This document shows positions 1-11,949 of a stretch of DNA of 44,585 bases, piece after piece. This stretch comes from Phoronis australis (taxonomy: Eukaryota; Animalia; Phoronida), in contig NMRA01000063.1 of the NCBI GenBank assembly GCA_002633005.1, forward strand, positions 1,062,592-1,107,176, written 5' to 3'. The number at the start of each line of letters is the position of its first letter. The stretch's first letter is position 1. The notes beneath the pieces were generated by a model. It was given only the letters and a program-made list of their open reading frames with translations. It did no database searches and had not been told where the DNA came from. The position numbers and the translations under genes were made by a program.

Positions 1-1229
1 TTGGGCCAAGGCTTGGGTAACCCGGCGATGGTATGCGATGACCATCCCTTTAAAAGACGCCTTTTTCGAAGAGTTTGAGCAACCAGGTGCCATACAAAAA
101 GGCATAGCGAACCTTTTACAGCACTGTGGCAAACAATAAAAAAATAAGGACGATTGATACAATAATAAATTACGATGTAAACTCTTCAAATATGACATAA
201 GCAATGAATGTGCAAAGCAGCCGATACCCGGCCGTTCACGTCACTGACACATCAGCCAATCAGCGATGGCTTTCAGAATTCAGTGTTTTGACCATGAATA
301 CGAATTGGCTTTTGTTTGGCACGCAAGTCAGGCAAATGTGAGTTTTATTTGTATGTTAGAACCGATTAACTGCAACATTATTTTGACTACAGTCCCCTTT
401 TAAGAGATGATCACCTATTTTAAGGCTAGGTAATGGTACTTTCTTAATTAGAAATGTATCAAATCGACATTGCAATATTTTATCCTCATAATATTAAGAC
501 CCCTCATTTGCATAAATCCAATATGGCCGCCAAAATTTAATTAACCAACTGCAATTTTAACAAAAGTATCTAGTTTGGTCTGGTGCAAGACTAATAATTT
601 ATCATTAATTTGTACAATTTTCATGAAAATTTGGTTGTTGTTATGATAAAGAGACCAATATGCATAGAACTTGTCTGATTACCAAGAACTCAGAGGCCAA
701 CTTTGATAAATGTCGTTAGTATGCTTGCTCTAGCTCCTGTCTACGTGTAAACCGATTGTCAACTGCTTATAATATCAACACAATAAAACGGATTAATGTC
801 AAATTGTCAGTGTAGCTCACAGAATTCAATTAACACTATCATCCGTTCCTTTGGTCCATAACAAACCATGTTACTGACATGTTCCCTGGCATTTGCAAGG
901 TGTTGTGCAGGCTGAGAAATTACTTTTTCATCCACATCTCTTGTCACATGGTGAAACGCTCTTGTAACCGCACTTAATGAGCTACTGGCCAGCTTTGGAG
1001 ACTTCAGGCATGTCTGTCCATTGTTGGTCTGTGTCTCTCTACCATCCAAACCCCTTTGGACTTGGTTTCCCATGGATGGGCATCAGACTGCTAGCTTGTA
1101 TAAAAGCATTTGTTAACATGCTTTATCAGAGGAGACTGGGTAGGCAATCAATTTGGCATGATCGGAAATTTTCGGGGGAAAAGCTCATTTCTAAAAGTAT
1201 TGCCTTGGCTGGTTTGGCTTTTCGACGAT

Positions 1230-2535
1230 AAACGAGACATTTAAATATATCATTTGTTTTGAACTCCTGAGTGTCGGTGGTGAGTTGCTGAAAGGAATTG
1301 ATTGCGGGTTCGAGAATGCCCGAGTAGCATCAGGGTAAGCTTTCCATGTCTCCCATGCTGTTCTCTTCCCTTTTCCATAGAACTGGGACGTTGTGTCCGA
1401 TCCTGTTAAAGGCATGGCATATGGGTAGAGCTACACACAAATCGTACCCAAGCTGGTCACACGCACTATTGACGAAGAGTTCCCGCGCTTTCTTTCCAGC
1501 TTTAACCAGTACCCGTAGTTGAGTTGCTGGCTGCAAAGCCTGAAGGTGATCAAAAATACAAAGAAGAACGACCACAACATCAGTATCCACCTTAGTAACC
1601 AGTATTCTCTGATTACCTTTGATCAAAGCGTCCGCAACGTACGAGCATATGCTGGTGTTCGACTTCTCATGATCGCACGGTGGTATGTCAGAACCAGAGG
1701 AAAAAACAGACTGATTGTGGGAAACACATATATTTTGTCTTGGTAGGATAGGCGATTGCCGAGACATCTTCAGCTAACAGCATGAACAATTCCCCTTTAT
1801 TCTTCGATTTTTTCAAGAAATTCTGGAAGTTCAGAGGCAGTCGCGTTGCTGAGTCACTCTTTTTGCCCTCCCGCTAGCTGTTTTGAAAGCAATAAACCTG
1901 TTTTTCTTGATTGGAGTCTTCATTGGTTGTGTCTTTTCAATTAGGACTGTTTGCTTACAGCTGCCATATTGCTGTTTTCCAGTCACTTCGATAGTCTGAA
2001 GACCTGCAGCGTATCTATCGTCATAAGTTCATCACCATGGTCAAAGAAAGGGTTACCCTTGGATGAAATTACATCTTACACCACACAAACTATTCACATG
2101 GTTTTTAAGGTGGTTCTTGAGGGATAGACTGTCTTTGTAGTGGCTTGTCTCCTCAATATTGTCTTCAAAACGATATTGACAATCAAATTTAGTCAGCAAC
2201 CAGGCTAGCTCGGACCCAAACATCATTCACTCTGTCAAAGCGTTTGGATTTTCCGTTAATCCAATAGCCCCATCACTGTCTTTGGCTAAGGAGCTATTTT
2301 GTTCATCCGCCTGATCAATTGCAATAGCACAGAATCTGTGCCGTGTCTTTGAAAACACCCAGTGTTTCTTCAGATACTGCCGTACGTTAGCTGGCGTAGC
2401 TCTCATGTCTTGGATGTGGACAGGGACCCATATTGCATCATTTTGAAGGTCAAGAGCAAAGAAAAAGGCACAACAGATTCAAGGACATCATTGTACAGCG
2501 AGAATTTGTATTCGCTATGAGCAAGGACGAACATC
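1230..2535 (-). mobile_element. Degraded DNA-transposon ORF, AcademX-like (transposase region plus XPG/FEN1-like nuclease); frameshifted, with stops
   Basis: Manual minus-strand translation gives FFFALDLQNDAIWVPVHIQDM...WVFSKTRHRFCAIAIDQADEQN...GAIGLTENP and KGNPFFD. ORF track gives CDHEKSNT...ILVTKVDTDVVVVLL and LTGSDTTSQFYGKGKRTAWETW. These are decayed HEEADT / DTDV / TGCD..S.F.GKGK motifs of the XPG-like (H3TH) domain. The Academ assignment is from memory of the family, not a search; boundaries are approximate. Confidence 0.7.
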
Positions 2536-3375
2536 AAGGTCGGTAACTGGACATGTAAGAAAACATTCCAGAATTCAAATTTTGGACTTCTCGTTGAGCT
2601 ATCACTTTTCCAGCCCGAGAAATATGTTGACCCAAAACAGCACTTTCATTACCCACAAAAAGAAATGGTTCTTCTTGAAGCTTTGCCAGAGATGTGCATG
2701 TCGTGTTCGAGTCAAGTTCCAAGCTTGAAAGGAATCGACCTCTACCAGCTGTAGCCACGGAGGCCTCTGGCCTGAAGCAGGCAGTGCGAATAAGTCATAG
2801 TTACGTAACGAGAGCTGACGTATCGCCTCAGCTCAGGTAATTAGCCGCCTTTGAAACTGTTCTATTAATTGTGCCTATGGCCTGTTATTTAGAAAATGTT
2901 TTAGAACAATCGGTTGTAATGCAATCACTAGTGGTGAATCTTGAGTAAGGCATTGCTAAAACAACTTGGCCTTGGGGATAAGGTACTACATAATTAAAGC
3001 GTAATTTTTGTAAGTATTATTTATCGGAATAGGGCTGTTGGAAAAATTTTTCTCTTAGGCCTTATTAATCAACTTATCTTATATTTATGCGAATAGCTAC
3101 TGCAGTGATTTAAACAGGAAATCCCCGCTGCTTTCTTCAGATGTGCTGAAGTCCACCAAAAGTGCTCCAATCAGTTAAATTTATATGTATTTATGTATAT
3201 AGTAGTTAATCAAAAGTGTACATACCTAAATAAATAAATCTTGTTCAAAATAATATTACAAGAACAATGGACTGTAGGTAAAAATTATGCGAGTCAGAGC
3301 TGATGTCACCTGCTTGGGTACTGTTACCTGGAATTCAAATTCTCAATAATCTGTATCGCTACTTGTCTTGAGTAG

Positions 3376-3562
3376 AAATCACCATTGTAAAAAGAACATG
3401 TCTACGGAAGACACGGCTGGCAGAGAGTGTTGTTTTTAAATCACCATTGTAAAAAGAACATGTCTACGGAAGACACGGCTGGCAGAGAGTGTTGTTTTTA
3501 AATCACCATTGTAAAAACAACATGTCTACGGAAGACACAGCTGGCAGAGAGTGTTGTTTTTT
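3376..3562 (+). repeat. 62-bp tandem repeat x3
   Basis: Unit aaatcaccattgtaaaaagaacatgtctacggaagacacggctggcagagagtgttgttttt starts at 3376, 3438 and 3500. Confidence 0.95.
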
Positions 3563-3897
3563 AACTCATCAGACACTCATTCAATCATGAACTGTGTGCA
3601 CAGAAACCGCTGAGTATCTCATTGTTTTGAAACTGATTTTGGCATATGACATAAACCCAGGAGCACGCAAAAACGACATTTTTGATCGACTCGTTGTGAA
3701 TTTAGGTAAGGTTATTAGTAAACATTTGTCTATAATTTGGGAAAGTGACTATATGTTTCCTCACAACAGTGAAAGCAAAACTTCAAAAACGTTTGGCTGA
3801 CAAAGTCTACTTTCGAACAAGTACTAGAACCCCTGTTGGGATCTGTTTCCTGCATGTCTGTACACAAAATGGTCTACCACCTGTTGGTTTTGCATTC

Positions 3898-3980
3898 CTA
3901 CTTGGTGGTGATGACCGGGGTCGTTGTGCGAAACATTACTACTTGGTGTTGATGACCGGGAACGTTGTGCGAAACATTAC
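3898..3980 (+). repeat. 41-bp tandem duplication
   Basis: ctacttggtg(g/t)tgatgaccggg..cgttgtgcgaaacatta starts at 3898 and 3939. Confidence 0.9.
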
Positions 3981-4619
3981 AACAAGAGGGATGAAACTTT
4001 TCAAATGATATTTTTCGATAGCATATTCTCTGAGTATTTTCTTTATTGGTTAGAATTCTGTTTGTTTGGGGTTGTTTTGAAACATTTTTATGCAAGGACT
4101 GGCCTCGAGTACATTCAACAGATTTTCGAAATTTGATTTCATTTGAACTGGGAATATGATAAGCGCCAGCATGACCGCAAGGTTAGTTTGTGACATGACT
4201 CAAAAATGTATGAAACCTCACTTGACACATCAAAAAACATTGTTCGATGATTATACGCTTTATTACAATTATTGTAATGATTTTAATGCGTTTTATTTAT
4301 TCTATGCTGGTTAGGTTTGATGCAAATCTTTACATTAGTACTTGCCAAACTACCAGTAGGTCACACAATGTAATTATATTATTGCGTTACACCCACTTCA
4401 TTTCATATAACTGCGTTGTGTGGAATTTATGGACGCTAAACACATGAAAGAGTTGATCGTCATCCACTCAGTTTTCCGGAAAAATGATTTTTTGAAAGAT
4501 TTTGGGAAGGAAAGTCAATTAGCAGTTAGTTTCAGAAAAGCCATAATCATCATAACCTAAAGGGTGTTTGTGTTTAAAACGTGTGTAGTCTATGTCGACC
4601 AGGTTGAATGGACACGCTT

Positions 4620-4862
4620 GTAGCCATGTTTGTGAACTATGGGCACGCTATAATATGGCAATGTTTCAGAATTTTTGGCACGCTATCGCATAGCAATGTT
4701 TGAGAAATATGTGCTAACTATAGTACAGCAACGTTTGTGAAGCATTGGAAACCTATAGTACAGCAATGTCTTTGATCTATGGGCGCGTTATAGTATGGCA
4801 ATGTTTTAAAACTATTGGCACTCTATAATACGGCAATGTTTGTGAAATATGGGTACTGCAAT
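4620..4862 (+). repeat. Degenerate ~39-bp minisatellite, ~6 copies
   Basis: Recurrent gcaatgtttgtgaa.tatgggcac.ctata.ta.g motif. Confidence 0.75.
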
Positions 4863-5648
4863 GTGGTGCAGGGTGTACATGGTGACATTTTTCTTCTAAA
4901 TTTTGTCATGTATGTATCGATCCGCCATTCTTACGAATGTTGTCAGTCATTTGCACTGTTCTACACGTATGTCACTTTCGTAGGCCTACCTTGAAAGTAT
5001 AAATTTGAACTAAAGACAAAGCCGTAGTTGTAGTTGTCAGTTGCGTCCTATGCATGTTAATATAGTGAACTAAACTAGTAATGGGCCGACGGAAATCTTG
5101 CTGATGTCAACGTATGCTTGTATGAAAGTACAGAGCAAAAATGGACTTTGATAAACGAAACGGGTTTGAAAGTTGGCAGTTAAAATTTGAAATGGTGAAT
5201 CTCTAGAACCCTTCTGTTAGTTGCAGTAGATGGTAAAAAGCTGTACAAAGGACAACATTTCACAAGACCAATAAGCTATAAACATGTTTCTTTTGGACTT
5301 TTTGAAATTGCAAAAGACGGTAAGTCAAAAGCTAAAGTTTAAGCGAAATACGGTTCTCTCAACAATTATAATTGTAACGAGTCAATAACGTGCCCTTTTA
5401 CTCCTTTTGCAATTGCAAAAAATAAGTCTTTCAAAAATAAAAAGATGTGCGAAAGGTCATCTTTCACGACATTTAAAAGCTGTAAAAACGATGAGTTTGG
5501 ATTACCCTAACTTACGATAAAAAGGTGCGGGAAATCTTTAAAATTATTCCATAAGTTTATTCTGTACAAAAGGTAGACAACATTTTGAAAAAAGCTGCAA
5601 AGGATGAATGAAAGGTAACTTGAATGTAACATGGCGAATTTTTATTGA

Positions 5649-6027
5649 ACAAAGTGCCCACATTCATGCGCCAACTGGACAAACAAAGTGTCCACATTCA
5701 CGCGCCAACTCGACACACAAAGTGGCCACATTCACGCGCAAACTGGACACACAAAGTGGCCACATTCACGCGCCAACTGGACACACAAAGTGCCCACATT
5801 TACAAACCAACTGGACACACAAAGTGCCCACATTCATGCGCAAACTGGACACACAAAGTGTCCACATTCACGCGCCAACTGGACACACAAAGTGCCCACA
5901 TTCACACGCCAACTGGACACACAAAGTGGCCACATTCACGCGCCAACTGGACACACAAAGTGGCCACATTCACGCACAAACTGGACACACAAAGTGGCCA
6001 CATTCACGCGCCAACTGGACACACAAA
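5649..6027 (+). repeat. 34-bp minisatellite x~11 (presumed intronic)
   Basis: Unit acaaagtggccacattcacgcgccaactggacac. It produces the three overlapping repetitive ORFs at 5608-6177. Confidence 0.97.
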
Positions 6028-6256
6028 ATCGTTAAAGGTCGGTTAAAGGTCGATTTTTACTATGCTTTCTATGAATGTAATGGGACATTTTTTGTTTGTG
6101 CTGATGCTGGTCCCCACTTTGTCACATTTTTAGTTCCATGGACACCTTGGTCGAATGTTTTTCTCAACCAAATTTGAGCTCTGTCGAGTACCTTTGATTC
6201 GTCACAACTTTACGGGGTTTTCATGCATCTTAATATACTTACTTCTTTGCCAACAG

Positions 6257-6600
6257 GTGACGACATTTGGAAGGTGTATTACGTCACTCACGACTATCTT
6301 CATCCGGACACGTATCGCTGCGACTTTGCTTGTCCGTGCTATAGTAAGACAATAAAGCACAACCCGCCGATTCTTTATAACATCGCAAAAGATCCTTCAG
6401 AAAAACACCCCATTGACATAAACGCAGATGAAAAGTATCAAGACGCCCTTCACGCCATTGAGGAAGCTCGAAAAGAACACGAGGTGTCGCTTAAACCAGT
6501 TACAGATCAACTCACCTTTCTTAGTATAATATGGATGCCACACTTACAGCCATGTTGCAACTTCCCCACATGTAATTGCGAAGACCGATACGGGGACTGA
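6257..6600 (+). CDS. Terminal coding exon of a steryl-sulfatase / arylsulfatase D-E-F-H-like protein (sulfatase C-terminal domain)
   Basis: Acceptor ttctttgccaacag|GT at 6256/6257. Translation DDIWKVYYVT...CDFACPCY...HNPPILYNIAKDPSEKHP...DQLTFLSIIWMPHLQPCCNFPTCNC..* matches the STS/ARS C-terminal pattern (HxPPLL(F/Y)xxxxDPxE; PxLQPCC). Upstream exons were not recognised in 1-6256. Confidence 0.88.
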
Positions 6601-7310
6601 AATACTGCAAACGTGCTGACCTAGTATTTTGTCTATGAACGATTCCTAAAATTGTATTAGTATTTCATTTGAATTAGTTTAAGTTTGTTCGAACTCAATT
6701 ATTTTGTTAATGGACACATTCTCACAAATTATAAGTATATCGTGTTCTAAAAAGACACTTCCATTTAACTTCACGGGATCAGTAAACACAATTGGCCCTG
6801 GTAGTTTGGAGAATTGAAAAACAACGGTAATAACGAAAAAAATCATTGTTACTCATGACTTTTGGCTTTATTGGCTCCATAGCATATTCAGGTGAGTTCA
6901 ATGATAAAATACTTTGTGTTCTGATAGAAAATTTGGTGAACAAGCACAATGCACAAGAGAGCCCATACATCAGGACACCATAAAATGGAAATGCAGCTCT
7001 GTTAAATACTCGTCCAACTTTCTCACCACTATGTAAGCCCCTATATCATCCCAGTAGTCCAACTGAAAGAAGGAAACACCCCCAAAGCAAAGCGCAACAG
7101 TAATTTTAAAGCGCTTGGGCTGCTCTATAACACATCTAAATTCTAAAAAAATCTAATAAGTGGAACAACTTTTCTAGAGGGGAGCCACAGTTTGGCCTCA
7201 CGCATACCCAGATGCCAGGTGTTATGTGCGATGTTACCAATATAAACATTAATATAACGAATCTGATAAGGAGAGATATAACACTAAATAAAATACGAAA
7301 ATGTAAGTAA

Positions 7311-7497
7311 GGGTGTACGTGGTGCAGGGTGTACGTGGTGCAGGGTGTACGTGGTGCAGGGTGTGCGTGGTGCAGGGTGTGCGTGGTGCAGGGTGTGCGT
7401 GGTGCAGGGCGCACGTAGTGCAGGGTGTACTTGGTGCAGGGCGTACATGGTTCAGAGTGTACGTGGGAGTGTGCGTAGTGCAGGGTGTACATGGTGT
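7311..7497 (+). repeat. 16-bp minisatellite x~11
   Basis: Unit cagggtgt(a/g)cgtggtg. Confidence 0.95.
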
Positions 7498-7745
7498 CAC
7501 AATTTAGAAAATGTTGGAGATGATGAAATTAATTTATTAACAAAATTTGTATACATATACGATACAGTATTAAACTGACATTGGTAATTTTAGTGAAACT
7601 TCATTGCATCCGTAATTAAGCCTGTCTGTCAAGGGATCAAGGTATTTATTAACTTCAAAACAGACATCAATTACATAGCGTCAAGTGGACTAATTGAAAC
7701 GTTGAGAGTTTAACATACATATTCATATACATATACAAATAAATA

Positions 7746-7794
7746 TGTGTGTGTGTGTGTGTTTGTGTGTGTGTGCGTGTGTGTGTGTGTGNGT
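7746..7794 (+). repeat. (GT)n microsatellite containing an N at 7792
   Basis: Read directly from the sequence. Confidence 0.97.
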
Positions 7795-10700
7795 CATCCA
7801 TTCAGCCCAAAGTAGTTCCAGAGCTGGCTTATCAGCCAATTATTCACGCATGCTGACTCACAATAGAAGCCTGATAAGAGTGAAGGTGGATAAATGCGGT
7901 GTTCCTACAGTTTCTTGTTTTAGTGGATGTGTTCACGACATGGTAGACAAGTAGGTCTATATTTTCCTCAAGGAAAGCGGCGTTCATTTTAGCTCTCAAG
8001 AGCATGAGAGACGAGTGTTCCCGTTCCGGCGAAGACTTTCAAAGTCGCTGACATTTTTACAAGACCGCAGACACTTGCTGCCGTCTTCAATCAGCCAACA
8101 TGGCTAGGCATGACGTAATTTGCATAACGACAGAAGTCGTCTTTTAAACTTTGATTCTTTCTCCTTGGTTTTCAGATGAGAAATAGCATAATTATAAAAA
8201 ATTTCAAACGGACCCCCTAATGACTATTTCCAAATTCATAAAATATACAAAGGTTAAAATTAAAGGTTTAATTAAAAATAAGTTTCACGCATGATTTTTT
8301 CAGATATAGTCAAAAATTACGGAATTTTATTGACAGGAAGTTTCAGCTGTGCATCGTCTAATTTGGTAGTGTTACCAAGGAGTGTAGCCTAGACAATAGG
8401 AGTGTTCATTGTAAGTTTGGTGTTATCGCTACTACTAGCGCCGCCAAGTAGCGAATAAGCAACGGTCAAGTACGAAGCGCGAGAACAATGGCGAAGCACA
8501 GGCGTCCTCAGCTTCTGATCGTCCCCAATACACTTTATAATACTACAATGTATGACATTCGGGACAAGGAATTCCACGGGTGCTTCACTTCAGCCGTCCA
8601 TATCAAAAACAAAACTCAATAAATTTACACAAAACAGGGTTTCAGCACACCATTAGTAATTGTTCTTTCTTCTAATACCATTCACGGTGTCCTGCGTCAG
8701 CGAGATCGCAAACAAATCGCGTTCAAAGCACAAAAAGTTCCCCAAAACTCCACGCATCAGTCCTCCCTTGACGGTTCGAGGTCAAGGACGGTACGGCAAT
8801 TGTCGATTGGTCACGGAGTTTCACGACATCGATAACTCCACACTAACCTTCCGTGATGGACCGGCTATTGCCGTCTATCCGTAACTCGATCATCGGATAA
8901 TTCCTTTCAAGTCGATTGCAGTCGTCTGCTGTGTAGGCTACTAAACAGCCAGGCTGCCGGCGTAAGGACTACTTAACGATGTGATCGTCAGCTTGTTTAG
9001 ATATTTGCAGTCCATGTACATGTATTCCAAATCAAAAATGTCAACATGCATCTCACCCGACCGATCGCAGAGATAATTTTAGAAAAACATACCCATGGCC
9101 ATGGGTGAAAAGACCAATGACACGGCCGCAGTCACAGTCACAGGGCCTCAAGTCAGAGAATCTCGGTGAAAAAAATCGACATAATTTTAATGTGCCAGTT
9201 AGCACAAGTTAACCAACACCAGTGCACCAGTGAAAACTTCTGCGCGCCAATGATGTAGGACTGAAATTTTGATCAAACTCATGCTAAATTATTTGAAACA
9301 AACTATCAAACAAAATTTCATTTTAAAACAACATCTCTGGAAAAATGTCCTTAGAGGATGTAGTACATTTTCTCTGCTCTTGTCTACACTGTTCTGGCAG
9401 AACAGCCTTATTTGCAGAGGTCAAGTTGATTTGTCCCACCTTTACTGAGCTAAGGATACAGATGACAAACACTTCTGTGAGTAAATTAGTTTTCAGCTTT
9501 ATTTATAACGCATTTCTTTGGCAAAAAGAGTTGTTGTTTACTTGTGAATTGATAGAGAGTGAGGAGGTTGGTCAGATTTTCTTGTTGTCATAATATATGT
9601 GTTGCCTATTTTGTACGTTTTTTGGAGATTGTGATTAATAGAAGCCCCAGTTGTGGCTGATATATATATGATCTCGTGGTCAGGCTGTATCTTACGTGGA
9701 ATATTTACTGATATTGATAAGAGGTTTATGAAATTAAATTTTGGTCTTGTCATCCAAGTCTTTTCAGTTTTGTTTGAAGTCGTGTGGGTGATGAATATTT
9801 TGATCGCTGTTCAGCACCTCTTCAAATATTTTTTCATCACACTTAGCAACTTTGTCTAGTTATGAGTGATGATATACTCAGTGTTAACTACGTTTTGTAA
9901 GTTGTGAGCTTTCTACTGATTAGAAACTGTGTAACTTTTAGTGATAATAGTGGGGGAGTGGGCAGTTTAGCCTGTACCAGCATGTCACTAAGTAATAATG
10001 GAGTGTTCTAAAATTATATGCAAGAGTGCATCAGAATGGATTACAGTGTTGTAGCAGTGATGAATTGTCTTACTTTCTTCTTCTCACTTGTGTAACACCA
10101 ACTGCACAAAACAATTGTCTGTATTGCTATAGCCTGGTGCATTGAATAGGGAACATTTGCGAAATTGTTGGGTGGAGATGAAACAGCAGTGAGCTGAGAG
10201 CACCATGTAAGGAAAAGTTGGAAAATACCAGTATGGTATTGACATAACCACAGGGGCATGGACACTGGTCATTACAAAATGTCCTTGGTCGGTATGCACA
10301 CAACGAGAGCCACATATTATCACCACCTCAGCACATGTTGTCGATGGTCAGAGAAATCTAGCAACCAAAATGTGTGACGGTGGAAATTGGGCTCAACACC
10401 CATGTGGCACAATGCTTGGTTTTTACCCCGGGGAGGCGGTCAACACCCATTTGCTGCCCACATGGATTTTACCTGTTTTTGCACTCCTCCCATGTACCCA
10501 CCTTCCTGGCACTTGGGGGCAATTGCCTCCTGAACTCCCAAGAGCAATCACTATGTAGTTCACGGAAGTACGAAATGTAATTAAGAACGGCAATTTGCTT
10601 TATTAAAAACTTAAACGTTAACCAAAACCATGGCTTTTGAAGGAAACTTCAGTACAATGACAGTGAAAATCTTACTGTCTATTACCCTTTAATATTGACT

Positions 10701-10989
10701 AAAAAACACGGAGAATTATGAGTTTCTGAGTGTCACTAAGGCTTCGATTAAAATTCACATCTTACCAGCAGCTTCTGTTTTTTCATTGTCACTGACTCAG
10801 ATTCCATTTTATTTAAAAAATTAAGTAATTTTCTTCATTGCACAGTGAAGCAGACGACAGAAACGGAGTCGTAGCGCGCAGCGCCACTGCCGGTCACCTG
10901 GGATATCGCGGGAGAGCCTATACTTAGCCATGGTTTCGTTACAATTGAGCCGTGTTCAACATTTCCCTACGCTCTTGCTGTTTTATTAA

Positions 10990-11867
10990 AGGCGAAGGCA
11001 ACCTTTTTCATGTCTTTTTTTAGCAAAAATAAGGTTCGTTGGTTATCCCAGACAAATTTTCCACTAAATTACAGCTTTTTGTAATTTAACTAAATATTCG
11101 TTCTCTACTCCGGAAGTGACGTTTTGGGAGGCAAGCATTTCGCGCCAATTTCTTTTCATATAGTCTGACTGTGAGAGCTGCCGAGTCAGTCATTGTTCTA
11201 GCTCGGTTGTGATAAGTTCGGTCGTCGTTTGCTATTGTTTACGAGTCAGTAAACATGCCACACTGTTGCTGCGTACCGGGATGTACTCATTATTGTCTCA
11301 CGGACAGAGGAACAACTGTCCCGTTTGCCCGAGTGTACCGCGACATACTCCCACTGGATGGTGACCTGAGCACACAAACTGCTTACACCCCGCCGTGTGA
11401 CTCCCTCGCTAGACACCTGGCACCTTCTAAATAGCTCCAATACTTTAAACAAGTCCACAATAAACTTATCAAAGTTTGGCTCACCGATCTGTTCATTGAA
11501 CGACGAATTGTACTCTTCACTGACTGGACCTGTATTCACTGCCACTACTCAACATCGCAGCAGCGCTGCTTACAGGCTTTGGGCCATAATGAGTACATCC
11601 CGGTACGCAGCAACAGTGTGGCATGTTGACTGACTCGTAAACAAAAGCAAATAACGACCGAACTTATCACAACGGAGGTAGATCAATGACTGACTATATG
11701 AAAACAAATTGGCGGGAAATGCTTGCCTCCCAAAACGTCACTTCCGGAGTAGAGAACGAATATTTAGTTAAATTACGAAAAGCTGTAATTAAGTTGAAAA
11801 TATGTCTGGGATAACCAACGAACCTAATTTTTGCTAAAAATGACATGCTAAAAGGTTGCCTTTGCCT
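10990..11867. mobile_element. Non-autonomous Kolobok-type DNA transposon with ~300-bp inverted arms
   Basis: TTAA at 10986-10989 and 11868-11871. Termini aggcgaaggcaacc...ggttgcctttgcct. Arms 10990-11293 and 11586-11867 are reverse complements; the left arm has a 22-nt insertion. A TTAA TSD with RR..YY termini is the Kolobok signature (piggyBac starts CC). Confidence 0.82.
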
Positions 11868-11949
11868 TTAAATCCGCCTATGTATCCCACTTACCAGTAA
11901 GAGCTAAGTGGTTTACAGTACTAACCAATAACTGCGTTGCCTTTTCCTA

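Noticed and set aside
200-403. Kolobok-like right end (cagtcccctt|ttaa-like at ~391-403)
   Set aside because: No matching left TIR was found in the window; too little evidence to call.
5608-6177. His/Thr-rich repetitive ORFs (189, 133, 115 aa)
   Set aside because: They are translations of a stop-free 34-bp minisatellite in all three frames.
7136-7578. Four overlapping ORFs on both strands
   Set aside because: Produced by the 16-bp minisatellite.
9091-9106. 16-bp perfect palindrome acccatggccatgggt
   Set aside because: Isolated and short; roughly at chance level in 44 kb, with no supporting context.
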